A stretch of DNA of 64,000 nucleotides from Oscillospiraceae bacterium (GCA_015067675.1 SVMB01000001.1:65757-129756); one strand, 5' to 3'. Positions 36,822 through 46,514 are shown, counted from the stretch's first letter. The notes: generated by a model not told the origin, from the letters alone. Numbers and translations: made by a program.

Positions 36822-36854
36822 AACAGCCCCGTGACCTGGCGTCACGGGGCTGTT
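36822..36854. terminator. Bidirectional hairpin terminator
   Basis: AACAGCCCCGTGAC-5 nt-GTCACGGGGCTGTT, a perfect 14-bp stem between convergent genes. Confidence 0.7.
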
Positions 36855-36871
36855 GGCTGCTATGAGTAAAC

Positions 36872-37621
36872 TTACTCGCCGATCTCGATGAGAGCGGTGT
36901 GGGGACGATGGTCGGCGGCGACGATGGCGGGGATCTCGGCCTCGAGAACCTTCACATCGCGGCTGACAAAGACGTAGTCGATCTTGCGGTCGGGGGCGTC
37001 GGAGGGGAAGCTGAGCTGGGGCTCGGTGAAGCAGACGGCGGTATCCTGCAGACGCTCGTAGACGGGGGCGAGGATCTCACTCTCGGGCAGGAGGTTCAGA
37101 TCGCCCATGAATACGCAGGGCTTTTCCTGGGTCTCGAGCTCATGACAGAGGGTGGCCACGGCGTTGCGGGCCTCGGCTTTGGCAAGACCGAAGTGGCAGC
37201 CGTAAACGGTCAGGCCGCCGGCGACATCAAACTCTGCCTTGATCAGGCAGCGGGTTTCGTAGTAGGCGTCCTCATCCTTCACCGGCGGATCGGGGATCAG
37301 GATGCGCTCGGCGCGGATGATGGGGAACTTGGACAGGATTGCGTTGCCGTAGGGGCCGTGACCGGGGAAGCGGATGGCGTGACCGAAGTAGCAGTGATAG
37401 CCCAGCTTTGCCGCGATCTGCTCGGCTTCGTCAAAATACAGCGGATCCTCACCGCGGCCGCGCACTTCGTTGAGGCCGACGATGTCGGGATCGCACTTGC
37501 GGATGGCATCGGCCATCAGGTCGATGTCAATGCAGTCATATTTCTCGTCCTTGGGGAGGCTCTTGTACTTGAGGTAGTTCAAGCCGTGCTGCATGTTGAA
37601 GGTCATAACTTTCAGTTTCAT
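36872..37621 (-). CDS. Endonuclease/exonuclease/phosphatase (EEP) family protein
   Basis: Start at ATG 37621 (MKLKVMTFNMQHG). EEP blocks: IVGLNEV, GNAILS, GDLNLLP, SDAPDRKIDYVFVS, SDH-type C-terminus (AADHRPH). Confidence 0.85.
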   Translation of the reverse strand: MKLKVMTFNMQHGLNYLKYKSLPKDEKYDCIDIDLMADAIRKCDPDIVGLNEVRGRGEDPLYFDEAEQIAAKLGYHCYFGHAIRFPGHGPYGNAILSKFPIIRAERILIPDPPVKDEDAYYETRCLIKAEFDVAGGLTVYGCHFGLAKAEARNAVATLCHELETQEKPCVFMGDLNLLPESEILAPVYERLQDTAVCFTEPQLSFPSDAPDRKIDYVFVSRDVKVLEAEIPAIVAADHRPHTALIEIGE

Positions 37622-37724
37622 GCTTGCATTCATCCTTTCAAGTCCAGATTGTCCGTACACGGAGGCTTTACGTTCATTGTAACACACAAGATACCTGTTT
37701 GCAACAGAAAATACACAATGCCTG

Positions 37725-37753
37725 TTGACAAACAGATGATATCGTTATATAAT
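37725..37753 (+). promoter_or_regulatory. Consensus sigma-A promoter of the padR operon with overlapping inverted repeats
   Basis: TTGACA-17 nt-TATAAT, a perfect consensus. The inverted repeat ATGATATCGT (37736-37745) / ACGATATCAT (37762-37771) brackets the -10 element. Confidence 0.6.
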
Positions 37754-37800
37754 ATCATTACACGATATCATGAAACGATATTGGAAAGGGGCTGAGTACC

Positions 37801-38106
37801 GTGCCGAAGAAAGCGATGGAGATCCTCACGGAGTCCATGTTTTACGTGCTCATGGCTTTTGCACAGGGGCCGATGTGCGGCATTGACGTAGCGGATTTCG
37901 TGGAGCGGCGCTCCGGCGGCCGAGTGGTGCTGGGGCCGGCTACTTTATATACAATCCTTGGCAAATTTGAAAAGGAAAAGTACATCCGTGAAACCGAAGT
38001 CGAGGGCCGTAAACGTACCTATGCCATCACGGAGAAGGGGAAAGACGCCTACGAGGACGAAATACGTCGTCTGCGCCGGTGTCTGGAGGATGCAAAGCCC
38101 GTCTGA
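37801..38106 (+). CDS. PadR-family transcriptional regulator
   Basis: 101 aa, GTG start. ILTESMFYVLMAF...GPATLYTILGKFEKEKYIRE...GRKRTYAITEKG is the PadR winged-helix signature. Confidence 0.9.
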   Translation: MPKKAMEILTESMFYVLMAFAQGPMCGIDVADFVERRSGGRVVLGPATLYTILGKFEKEKYIRETEVEGRKRTYAITEKGKDAYEDEIRRLRRCLEDAKPV

Positions 38107-38149
38107 GCGGGTGAAAAAGGTACAGAAAAACGATCAAGGAGGATCTGCC

Positions 38150-39406
38150 ATGTCTGAGCAAACACGTGACCCCCGCCATGTCTGGCGGATAGTACCCTGC
38201 CTGCCCTACGATGTTGAGGGAATGGAAAGCTGGCTGACCGATCAGTCGGAGCGGGGACTGCATCTGAGCCGCGACGGATTCTTTGCAGGCTTTGCGATTT
38301 TTGAAAAAGGGGTGCCCCATCGCTGGATCTACCGGTATGAGGCTCTGCAGAAAGCGGCGGGAGTGCTGGATACCTCCGTGGATATCCCGGACGCGGAAGC
38401 ACTGGAGATCAGTGAGGAATACGGCTGGAAATTTGTGGTGCGTCGGGGCGATTTCTACATCTACCGTACCGACCGCACCGATACCCGGGAGCTCAATACC
38501 GATCCGGATGTGCACGCGCTGGCGCTCAAGGCTGTGGAAAAGCGGCTGCGCTCCACGTTTCACACGACCTTCTTCTGGGTGGTGATCTATCCGCTGCTCG
38601 GTCATCTGGACGGCGACGGCATTCTGCGTCCGGTGATCACGCTGGGCACGGGCTTTTGTCTGGCAGGAGCTGCGCTGTCAGTCTGGATTCTGATCGATCT
38701 CATCGTCAGGATCGTGCATCTGAGCAAGCTGCGCAAGCGGCTCAAAGTGGAGGGATATCTGGATCACCGCAAGAACTGGCAGAAGAGCGCATTGCGCAAC
38801 CATGTCCTGCGCATTTCGCAGATCGTGCTGATTATCGTCTGGTTCTGCATACTCCTGTCCAGGTTTGGCAGCGCGATTATGGAAGAGATGAAGGTGACGC
38901 TGACCGATTACGACAAGGAGCCGCCCTTTGCCACCTTTGCGGATATCTGCCCGGCAGGAGAGTACGAGGAAGATCCGATGTTCGAGCCAAACTACATCAT
39001 CGAGTGGTCCGACTGGCTCTCGCACTACAATGCCGAGTGGTTCGAATGTGCGAAGATGACGCTGCCGGACGGCAGCTTTGTCAATGGTACGCTCTATATC
39101 GACTATCATGAAACCCGGGCGCCGTTTCTGGCGCGGGGACTTGCCCGGGAGTATCACTTTAAGGATAAGATCGATGAATTTAACTGGAAAAACCACTGGA
39201 TAGAGGATGATTATCAGGAACTCCCGCTGCCGGATGATCTGGGAGTGGATTACGCCATTGCCTACATGGACTGGCTGCACTTCCCGACGGTGATTCTGGT
39301 GGAGGAAGGAAGAATCATCAAAGTGCGGATTCATTTCTATCAGCAAAGCAATGCGCTGCCGATGGAAGAATGGGTGCGGGTCTTTGCAGACAGCCTTCAA
39401 AGATGA
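38150..39406 (+). CDS. DUF2812-like membrane protein (typical PadR partner)
   Basis: Start at ATG 38150 after AAGGAGGA. N-terminal block VEGMESWLTDQSERGLHL, followed by TM segments and a C-terminal domain. Confidence 0.65.
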   Translation: MSEQTRDPRHVWRIVPCLPYDVEGMESWLTDQSERGLHLSRDGFFAGFAIFEKGVPHRWIYRYEALQKAAGVLDTSVDIPDAEALEISEEYGWKFVVRRGDFYIYRTDRTDTRELNTDPDVHALALKAVEKRLRSTFHTTFFWVVIYPLLGHLDGDGILRPVITLGTGFCLAGAALSVWILIDLIVRIVHLSKLRKRLKVEGYLDHRKNWQKSALRNHVLRISQIVLIIVWFCILLSRFGSAIMEEMKVTLTDYDKEPPFATFADICPAGEYEEDPMFEPNYIIEWSDWLSHYNAEWFECAKMTLPDGSFVNGTLYIDYHETRAPFLARGLAREYHFKDKIDEFNWKNHWIEDDYQELPLPDDLGVDYAIAYMDWLHFPTVILVEEGRIIKVRIHFYQQSNALPMEEWVRVFADSLQR

Positions 39407-39416
39407 CCAATACCGC

Positions 39417-39453
39417 AAAACCGGGTATCTGCCGGATGGCAGTACCCGGTTTT
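39417..39453 (+). terminator. Intrinsic terminator
   Basis: AAAACCGGGTATCTGCC-GGAT-GGCAGTACCCGGTTTT. Confidence 0.7.
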
Positions 39454-39456
39454 CTC

Positions 39457-39485
39457 TTGACAAGCAGAGATATTTTGCGTACAAT
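39457..39485 (+). promoter_or_regulatory. Putative sigma-A promoter of the oxidoreductase/TIM-barrel operon
   Basis: TTGACA-17 nt-TACAAT. Confidence 0.6.
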
Positions 39486-39539
39486 GACAGTATACGGTGT
39501 TAACACACCTGATACTGACTGAATGGATGGTGTACAACT

Positions 39540-40484
39540 ATGAAATTTGCCATGTGCGGCGTCTGGCATGTCCACGCCCCCGGTTATCTGAACACTGCCC
39601 TGAAATATGCCGAATGCGTCGGTGTTTTCGAACGCGATGAGGCCCGCCGGAAGGATTTTTGTGAAAAAAACAATCTGCCGGAGTTTGCAAGCCTTGATGA
39701 GCTGCTTGCAAGCGACGCCGATTCCGTGATCGTGTGCTCCGCTTCCTGCGACCACGCGGAGGATATGGTGAAGCTGGCAAAGGCCGGCAAGAACATCTTC
39801 ACCGAGAAGGTGCTCGCCCTCACCACCGAAGAATGCCTCGCCATCGAGGAAGCCGTGAAGGCTGCGGGCGTTCGCTTCGTGATCTCCCTGCCCCATAAGT
39901 ATGCTGCCGGTCCCCGTACCGTCCGCGCCATCGTTGATTCCGGCGAACTGGGCAAGCTCAACTATGTGCGCCTGCGCAACTGCCATAACGGCTCCACCGG
40001 CGACTGGCTGCCCGATCATTTCTATGACCTGCGTGAGTGCGGCGGCGGCGCGATGATCGACCTGGGCGCCCACGGTATGTATATCGCCGACTGGTTCCTG
40101 GGTCTGCCCGTGGGTTATGCTTCCGCCTTTACCCTTGCCAATGATAATCCCCGCAACGCCGACCGCGTTGAGGATAACGCCATCACCATCATGCAGTACG
40201 CAAACGGCGCCATTGCCGTCAACGAGACCGGCTTTGTCTCCGTCGGCAGCCCGATGGCGCTGGAAGTGGGCGGCGACCGGGGTTTCGTGCGCTGGGATGA
40301 CCGCGGCGTCGTGAAGAGCACCTGGGATACCGAGCGCAAACCTGTTGCGGTTGAACTGCTGGAGGCCGCTCCCTCTCCGCTGGAGCAGTTCATGTCCGGC
40401 GAGATCCTGCCCGGCTGCGGCATGGAGGAAGCCAAGCACCTGACCGCCATGATGGAAGGCGCTTATGCCGCGCAGATCAAGTAG
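39540..40484 (+). CDS. Gfo/Idh/MocA-family NAD(P)-dependent oxidoreductase
   Basis: 314 aa with an N-terminal Rossmann region and an EKV-type motif (IFTEKVLA). C-terminal alpha/beta domain. Confidence 0.85.
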   Translation: MKFAMCGVWHVHAPGYLNTALKYAECVGVFERDEARRKDFCEKNNLPEFASLDELLASDADSVIVCSASCDHAEDMVKLAKAGKNIFTEKVLALTTEECLAIEEAVKAAGVRFVISLPHKYAAGPRTVRAIVDSGELGKLNYVRLRNCHNGSTGDWLPDHFYDLRECGGGAMIDLGAHGMYIADWFLGLPVGYASAFTLANDNPRNADRVEDNAITIMQYANGAIAVNETGFVSVGSPMALEVGGDRGFVRWDDRGVVKSTWDTERKPVAVELLEAAPSPLEQFMSGEILPGCGMEEAKHLTAMMEGAYAAQIK

Positions 40485-40494
40485 GGGTCAGACT

Positions 40495-41280
40495 ATGATG
40501 AAGCTTGGGTTCTGTACAGCCTTTTCAAACCTTGATCTGCTTGAAAAAGCGGGCATCGATAACCTCGAGACCACGGTTTATGAAATTATGCAGTGGTCGG
40601 ATGAACAGGTGCGGGAAAACATGAAGAAGCTGGGTTCTTCTTCCGTGCGTTTTGAGTCCTGCAACTGTCTCATCGGCGGTTTTTCCCTGTACGAGGATCA
40701 TGACTGGTCAAAGACCGACGCGTATTTTGCGCGTGTGCTGCCCAGACTTGCCGAGGTCGGCATGAAGAAGCTGGTATTCGGCAGCGGCGGCTACCGCCGG
40801 GTTCCCGAAGGCATGGAGATGGAGGCTGCCCGCGAGCGGATTCTTGAGTTCCTGACCCGGCTGTCGGAGAAGATGAAGCCTTACGGCATGACGGCTGTTA
40901 TTGAGCCGCTGTTTCAGAAGGGCTGCAATATCATCAACACCTCCGCAGAAGGCGCGGAGTATGTCCGTGAGCTTGGCCTTCCCAATATCCGGCTGCTGAT
41001 CGATTACCGCCACTTTATATACGAGGGCGAGCATCTGACGGCGATTGAAAACTATGAGGGCATTCTGACCCATACCCACATCGCCCATCCCGTCACATTT
41101 GCAACGCCTGCACGCTGGGACTGTATCGACTACGTCGGGTGGTTCCGGGCTCTGGATAAGATCGGTTATCAGGGAGCAGTGGTTGCGGAGTCAAGCGTTT
41201 TCGGTGATCTGCTCACGGAACTCGAGGAGTTCAGAATCACCATGGAAGAAGCTTATGCCGCGGCTGTCGGCAAGAGATAG
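40495..41280 (+). CDS. Xylose-isomerase-like TIM-barrel protein, paralog A
   Basis: 261 aa. MKLGFCTAF..., LVFGSGGYRR, VIEPL, THTHIAHP. Paralogous to the next gene. Confidence 0.8.
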   Translation: MMKLGFCTAFSNLDLLEKAGIDNLETTVYEIMQWSDEQVRENMKKLGSSSVRFESCNCLIGGFSLYEDHDWSKTDAYFARVLPRLAEVGMKKLVFGSGGYRRVPEGMEMEAARERILEFLTRLSEKMKPYGMTAVIEPLFQKGCNIINTSAEGAEYVRELGLPNIRLLIDYRHFIYEGEHLTAIENYEGILTHTHIAHPVTFATPARWDCIDYVGWFRALDKIGYQGAVVAESSVFGDLLTELEEFRITMEEAYAAAVGKR

Positions 41281-41302
41281 AAACAATTGGAGGAAACAGA
41301 GA

Positions 41303-42079
41303 ATGAAACTGGGTTTCTGTACGAGCATTGATAATCTGGAACTGGTCGAAAAGGCCGGTATTGATTACATGGAAAGCAGCGTCGGCGCAGTCGCAGGCTG
41401 GACCGACGAGGAGACGAAGGAAAACCTGAAGAAGCTGGCCAACTCTCCGGTCAAATTTGAGTCCTGTAACAGCCTCATCGGCGGCTTCTCGCTGTATGAA
41501 GATGCTGACTGGTCCAAGACCGACGCGTATTTTGCCCGCGTGCTGCCCAGACTTGCCGAGGTCGGCATGAAGACGCTGGTATTCGGCAGCGGCGGCTACC
41601 GCAGAATCATCGACGGCGTGACCCCGGAAGCGGCGCACGAGCGCATCCTGCAGTTCCTTGATCGCCTTTCCGGCAAGATCAAGCCCTACGGTATCACCAT
41701 CGTCATCGAGCCCCTCAATACCAATGAGTGCAACATCTTGACCTCATCCAAGGAGGCCGAGGGCTATGTGCGTGAGCTGAACCTGCCCAACATCCAGCTG
41801 CTGGTGGACTACTACCACTTCCTGCTGGAGTCCGAGCGTCTGACCGTGATCGACGACTATAAGGGCATCCTCAAGCACACCCATATCGCCAATCCCGTCA
41901 AGCGTTTCACCCCCGCGCCCTTCGACGGTGTGGACTATGTGGGCTGGTTCAGAGCGCTGAAAAAGATCGGCTACGACGGTCTGATTGTGGCCGAACCCAG
42001 ACGTCCCGACGATCTGTTTGCCGCGATGCAGGGCTACAAGGCTGCCATGGATATGGCGATGGCCGAAGCCGGTGTCTGA
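41303..42079 (+). CDS. Xylose-isomerase-like TIM-barrel protein, paralog B
   Basis: Start at ATG 41303 after GGAGGAAA. MKLGFCTSI..., LVFGSGGYRR, VIEPL, KHTHIANP. Confidence 0.8.
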   Translation: MKLGFCTSIDNLELVEKAGIDYMESSVGAVAGWTDEETKENLKKLANSPVKFESCNSLIGGFSLYEDADWSKTDAYFARVLPRLAEVGMKTLVFGSGGYRRIIDGVTPEAAHERILQFLDRLSGKIKPYGITIVIEPLNTNECNILTSSKEAEGYVRELNLPNIQLLVDYYHFLLESERLTVIDDYKGILKHTHIANPVKRFTPAPFDGVDYVGWFRALKKIGYDGLIVAEPRRPDDLFAAMQGYKAAMDMAMAEAGV

Positions 42080-42099
42080 TACGATCTCATAAAGGTTTC

Positions 42100-42134
42100 A
42101 AAGTGCCGATGCAGTTCATGCATCGGCACTTTTT
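42100..42134 (+). terminator. Intrinsic terminator
   Basis: AAGTGCCGATGCA-GTTC-TGCATCGGCACTT followed by TTTT. Confidence 0.8.
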
Positions 42135-42239
42135 GTACACCCCGCACAAAGACGACGCCTCCCGGACGCTGAAAAAGGACTTGTGTTTCGCCGCAGAATT
42201 TGGTACAATATAAGGTAAATTCGATAGAGGCATGGTATC

Positions 42240-44306
42240 ATGAGAGAAAAACGTTGGATCATTGGAAGCTATAACCGGGAGGAAGCAGCGGAAATGGCCC
42301 GCAGCTCAGGACTTTCTGAGTTGTTGTGCGCAGTGCTTTCCTCAAGAGGCGTGCACACCGCCCGTGAAGCTGTGCGTTTTCTGGAAACATCCGTGGATAA
42401 GCTCGGTTCCCCCTACGGGCTCAAAGGCATGGATGACGCGGTATTTGTTATCCGCGAAGCCGTGGCAAAAGGGGATAAGATCGCCGTATACGGTGACTAT
42501 GACGTGGACGGCGTGACCGCAACCTGTATTCTCGTGCGCTATCTGCGCGAAATCGGCGCGGACTGTACATACTATATTCCCGACCGTCTGACCGAAGGTT
42601 ACGGCATGAACAGCGACGCGCTGGACCGGCTCTATGAGCAGGGCGTGCGCCTGCTCATCAGCGTGGACACCGGCATTACGGCGGTGGAAGAGATTGCCCA
42701 TATCCGTGCACGGGGCATGCGTGTGGTGGTGACCGATCACCATGAGTGTAAGGACGAAATTCCCGTGGCGGAAGCCGTGGTCAATCCCAAGCAGCCGGAC
42801 TGTCCCTATCCGTTCAAGGAACTGGCAGGCGTGGGCGTTGCCTTCAAGCTGCTGTGCGCACTGCTGGAGGATCCCCACGAGGCGCTGGATCGGGCGGCGG
42901 AACTGGTGGCACTGGGAACCGTGGCCGACGTGATGCCGCTGCGTGAGGAAAACCGCGCGATCGTCAATTACGGCCTGCGGCGCTTTGCGACCACTGCTAA
43001 CGTGGGACTTCGCGTGCTCTGCCGGGAGGCAGGACTCATCGGCGAGGATAAAAAGCCGGTGGCAGCACAGTCTTTGAGCTATATTCTGGCCCCGCGCATC
43101 AACGCTGCCGGCCGGTTCGGCATGGCTGAGCGGGCCGTGGAGCTGTTTTTGACCCAGGATCCCGACGAAGCATTGTCTATTGTCCGGCAGCTGGCCGAAA
43201 AGAACAAGGAACGCCAGGGAACCGAGAGCAATATCATGAAGGAGGCCCTGACGCAGTTTGAAACCGACTGTGATCCGGGTTCTGACCGCGCCATTGTGCT
43301 GTGGAACAAGGGCTGGCATCACGGCATCATCGGTATCGTGGCCTCCAAGCTGGTGGATCGCTTCTCGCGGCCCGTGATTCTGCTCAGCGTGGATGAAACC
43401 GGCGCCAAGGGCTCCGGCCGCAGCATCCGGGGCTTCAATCTCTTTGAGGCCTTGCAGAATCTGCCGGTACAGCCCCGTCAGTTCGGCGGTCATGAACTGG
43501 CAGCGGGTCTCACCGTCGAGGTTGACGATCTGGAACGCTTCCGCGACGCCATGCGCAGCTACGCTGCGGCGCATCTGCGGGAGGAGGACTGCGTACCCTG
43601 CGTGGAAGTGGACTGCGAGATTGAACCGTCGCTTCTGACACTGAACGCCGTGGAAAGCCTGCATATGCTTGAGCCCTGCGGCATGGGCAACCGTTCGCCG
43701 CTGTTTGTACTGCGCGATATGGTGCTCTCCGGCGTTGCCTCCATCGGCAACGACAGGCATACCCGACTGACGGCGGAAGGCCGCGGCTGCACACTGGGCG
43801 GCGTGTTCTTCGGACAGAATGCCGCCGCCATGGGACTGGATGCCGGTGACGGGGTGGATATCGTGTTCTCCGCCGAAGTCAACTCCTTCCGCGGCAAACA
43901 GGTGCAGATGATCGTGCGGGATATCCGCCTGTCGGAGCGTGAAAAAGCGCTTGACCGGGTCAGCCGCACGCTGTATGACCGTTTCTGCGCCGGTGAGCGG
44001 CTGGATGAGGCCGAAAAGCAGGAATTGCTGCCCCAGCGCACGCAGCTTGTGGCTATCTGGCGGTATTTTGTGGGACATTGCCGTGACGGCGTTCTGTGCG
44101 CGTCTCCCGAAACCTTGTATCGCCGCATTCGCCATGAGGCAGGCTGCGGCCTGAATCTGGGCAGACTCCTGACGGCTCTGAGCGTGTTTGAGGAGCTGGG
44201 ACTCATCGAATCCGAAAAGACTGCCGACGGCCTGCGGCTGAATGTGCATGTGGGAGCGCCGAAGGTGGATCTTGCCGCATCAAGTGTACTCAGACGTCTT
44301 GCCTGA
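42240..44306 (+). CDS. recJ: Single-stranded-DNA-specific exonuclease RecJ
   Basis: 688 aa. DHH motifs (IAVYGDYDVDGVTA, ISVDTG, VVVTDHH), DHHA1 (GGHELAAG) and a C-terminal OB-like region. Confidence 0.95.
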   Translation: MREKRWIIGSYNREEAAEMARSSGLSELLCAVLSSRGVHTAREAVRFLETSVDKLGSPYGLKGMDDAVFVIREAVAKGDKIAVYGDYDVDGVTATCILVRYLREIGADCTYYIPDRLTEGYGMNSDALDRLYEQGVRLLISVDTGITAVEEIAHIRARGMRVVVTDHHECKDEIPVAEAVVNPKQPDCPYPFKELAGVGVAFKLLCALLEDPHEALDRAAELVALGTVADVMPLREENRAIVNYGLRRFATTANVGLRVLCREAGLIGEDKKPVAAQSLSYILAPRINAAGRFGMAERAVELFLTQDPDEALSIVRQLAEKNKERQGTESNIMKEALTQFETDCDPGSDRAIVLWNKGWHHGIIGIVASKLVDRFSRPVILLSVDETGAKGSGRSIRGFNLFEALQNLPVQPRQFGGHELAAGLTVEVDDLERFRDAMRSYAAAHLREEDCVPCVEVDCEIEPSLLTLNAVESLHMLEPCGMGNRSPLFVLRDMVLSGVASIGNDRHTRLTAEGRGCTLGGVFFGQNAAAMGLDAGDGVDIVFSAEVNSFRGKQVQMIVRDIRLSEREKALDRVSRTLYDRFCAGERLDEAEKQELLPQRTQLVAIWRYFVGHCRDGVLCASPETLYRRIRHEAGCGLNLGRLLTALSVFEELGLIESEKTADGLRLNVHVGAPKVDLAASSVLRRLA

Positions 44307-44353
44307 TCGGGCGGCGTTTTCAATAATCGGCTGAACTGGAATTTTCCGAGGGG

Positions 44354-46498
44354 GTGTGTGTTGTGGAGCACACGATTGAACGAATTATAAAGAAGGCCGG
44401 ATGCCCTGCCGAAGCGGCGGAGAATATCCGCCGTGCTTATATCATGGCCCGTGACGCACACGATGGACAAAAGCGTAAAAACGGAGAACCGTTTATCATC
44501 CATCCGCTGGCGGTGGCGGAGATGCTGGCCGAAATGGGCATGGATCCGGAATCCATCATGGCCGGCCTCATGCACGACGTCATCGAGGATACCTCGGTCA
44601 GCTACGATGAAATGAAGGCGCAGTTTGGCACGGCTGTTGCAAATCTTGTTGACGGCGTCACAAAACTGACCCGTATGCCCCATTCCACCTACGAAGAAGA
44701 GGAAAACGAGAACCTGCGCAAGCTCTTCATGGCCATGGCGCGGGATATTCGCGTCATCATCATCAAGCTCAACGACCGTCTTCACAATCTGCGTACGCTC
44801 CAGTATGTCACCGAGCGCAAGCAGAAGGAAAAGGCGTTGGAAACCATGCTCATTTACGCGCCGATTGCCCATCGTCTGGGCATGAACAACGTCAAAAGCG
44901 AGCTTGAGGATATCAGCCTGCGCTATCTTGACCCGGTTGCCTATCAGGAGATTTCCAACTATCTGGAGAACAGTGCCGAAGAGCGCTCGGCATTTCTCAA
45001 TATCATCATCAAGCGCATCGAGGACCGCTTGACCGTCGAAAACATCAAAGGCGAGGTGCAGGGCCGCGTCAAGCACTTCTACGGTATCTACCGTAAGGTG
45101 TACATGCAGAATAAGGATATTTCCAGCGTCTTTGACATCTACGCTGTGCGCATCATCGTGGATTCGCTGGCCGACTGCTATAACGCGCTGGGTATTGTGC
45201 ATGATCTGTTCAAGCCCATGCCCGGCAGATTCAAGGATTATATCTCCACCCCCAAGCCCAATCTCTACCAGTCTCTTCACTCCACCGTCATCGGCCGCGA
45301 GGGTAAACCCTTCGAAGTGCAGATCCGTACCCGGGATATGCACAACACCGCCGAATACGGTGTCGCGGCGCACTGGAAGTATAAGCACGGTGTGAGCCGT
45401 CAGTCCGACGAAAGCAAATACGCCTGGGTTCGCCAGCTTCTGGAGAATCAGCAGGATTCCGACCCCGAGGACTTCATCAATTCCCTGCGAACTGAGCTGT
45501 TCAACGACGAAGTTTACGTCTTTACGCCCAAAGGCGACGTTATCAACCTCCCTGCGGGTGCCACGCCCATCGACTTTGCCTACGCCATTCACTCTGCCGT
45601 CGGCAACCGCATGACCGGCGCCAAGGTCAACGGCCGTATTGTCCAGCTTGACCATGCACTGTCCAACGGCGATATCGTCGAGGTATTGACCTCCGGCGCC
45701 TCCAAGGGTCCCAGCCGTGACTGGCTGAAGGTCGTCAAGACCAATGAAGCCCGCAATAAGATCCGCATGTGGTTTAAAAAGGAGCGGCGTGAGGAGAATA
45801 TCGAGCAGGGCAAGGCAGCTCTGGAAGCCGAGCTCAAGCGTACCATGCTCATGCAGGCCTTCGCCGATCCCACCATTCAGGCAACCATCTGTACCCGCCT
45901 GAGCTTCCACTCGGTGGATGATCTGTATGCCGCCATCGGCTACGGCGCACTGCCCGTGCGCAAGGTCATGACCCGCGTCACCGAGCTTGCCCCCAAGCCT
46001 GAAAAGAACGTCACGCCTGTGACCAAGGTTATCAAGACCAAACCCTCCAACGGCGTCATCGTGGAAGGCGTGGATAACTGCCTGGTCAAGTTCGCCCGCT
46101 GCTGTACGCCGATTCCGGGTGATGAGATCATCGGCTTTATCACCAAAGGCTTCGGCGTCTCCGTGCACCGGGCTGACTGCCCCAATGTGCAGGCGCTGAT
46201 GACCGCGGAAAACGAAGGCCGTGTCATGCGGGTGTCCTGGGTGGAGTCCGGCAAGGAATCCTACCAGACGATGCTGCATATCCGCGGCAAGAACCGCCGT
46301 GCGCTGCTGGCTGACGTGACGATGGCGCTGTCGGATATGCGTATTGATCTGACCGGTCTGACGGCAAGAGAGCTCGATGACGGCGGCGCGGAGATCAATG
46401 CCATGGTCATGCTGCATGATGCCGAACAGTTGGGCCAGGTGGCGCTGAGACTGAAAAATATTCCGGGCGTTTCCGAGGTGGAACGCACCATCAGATAA
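44354..46498 (+). CDS. relA: Bifunctional (p)ppGpp synthetase/hydrolase (RelA/SpoT homolog)
   Basis: 714 aa. HD hydrolase (HPLAVAEML...HDVIEDT), synthetase block (YRSLHT-type: YQSLHSTVIG...EVQIRT), TGS (VFTPKGDVINLP) and a C-terminal ACT domain. Confidence 0.95.
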   Translation: MCVVEHTIERIIKKAGCPAEAAENIRRAYIMARDAHDGQKRKNGEPFIIHPLAVAEMLAEMGMDPESIMAGLMHDVIEDTSVSYDEMKAQFGTAVANLVDGVTKLTRMPHSTYEEEENENLRKLFMAMARDIRVIIIKLNDRLHNLRTLQYVTERKQKEKALETMLIYAPIAHRLGMNNVKSELEDISLRYLDPVAYQEISNYLENSAEERSAFLNIIIKRIEDRLTVENIKGEVQGRVKHFYGIYRKVYMQNKDISSVFDIYAVRIIVDSLADCYNALGIVHDLFKPMPGRFKDYISTPKPNLYQSLHSTVIGREGKPFEVQIRTRDMHNTAEYGVAAHWKYKHGVSRQSDESKYAWVRQLLENQQDSDPEDFINSLRTELFNDEVYVFTPKGDVINLPAGATPIDFAYAIHSAVGNRMTGAKVNGRIVQLDHALSNGDIVEVLTSGASKGPSRDWLKVVKTNEARNKIRMWFKKERREENIEQGKAALEAELKRTMLMQAFADPTIQATICTRLSFHSVDDLYAAIGYGALPVRKVMTRVTELAPKPEKNVTPVTKVIKTKPSNGVIVEGVDNCLVKFARCCTPIPGDEIIGFITKGFGVSVHRADCPNVQALMTAENEGRVMRVSWVESGKESYQTMLHIRGKNRRALLADVTMALSDMRIDLTGLTARELDDGGAEINAMVMLHDAEQLGQVALRLKNIPGVSEVERTIR

Positions 46499-46514
46499 AA
46501 GGACGGACAAGAAC

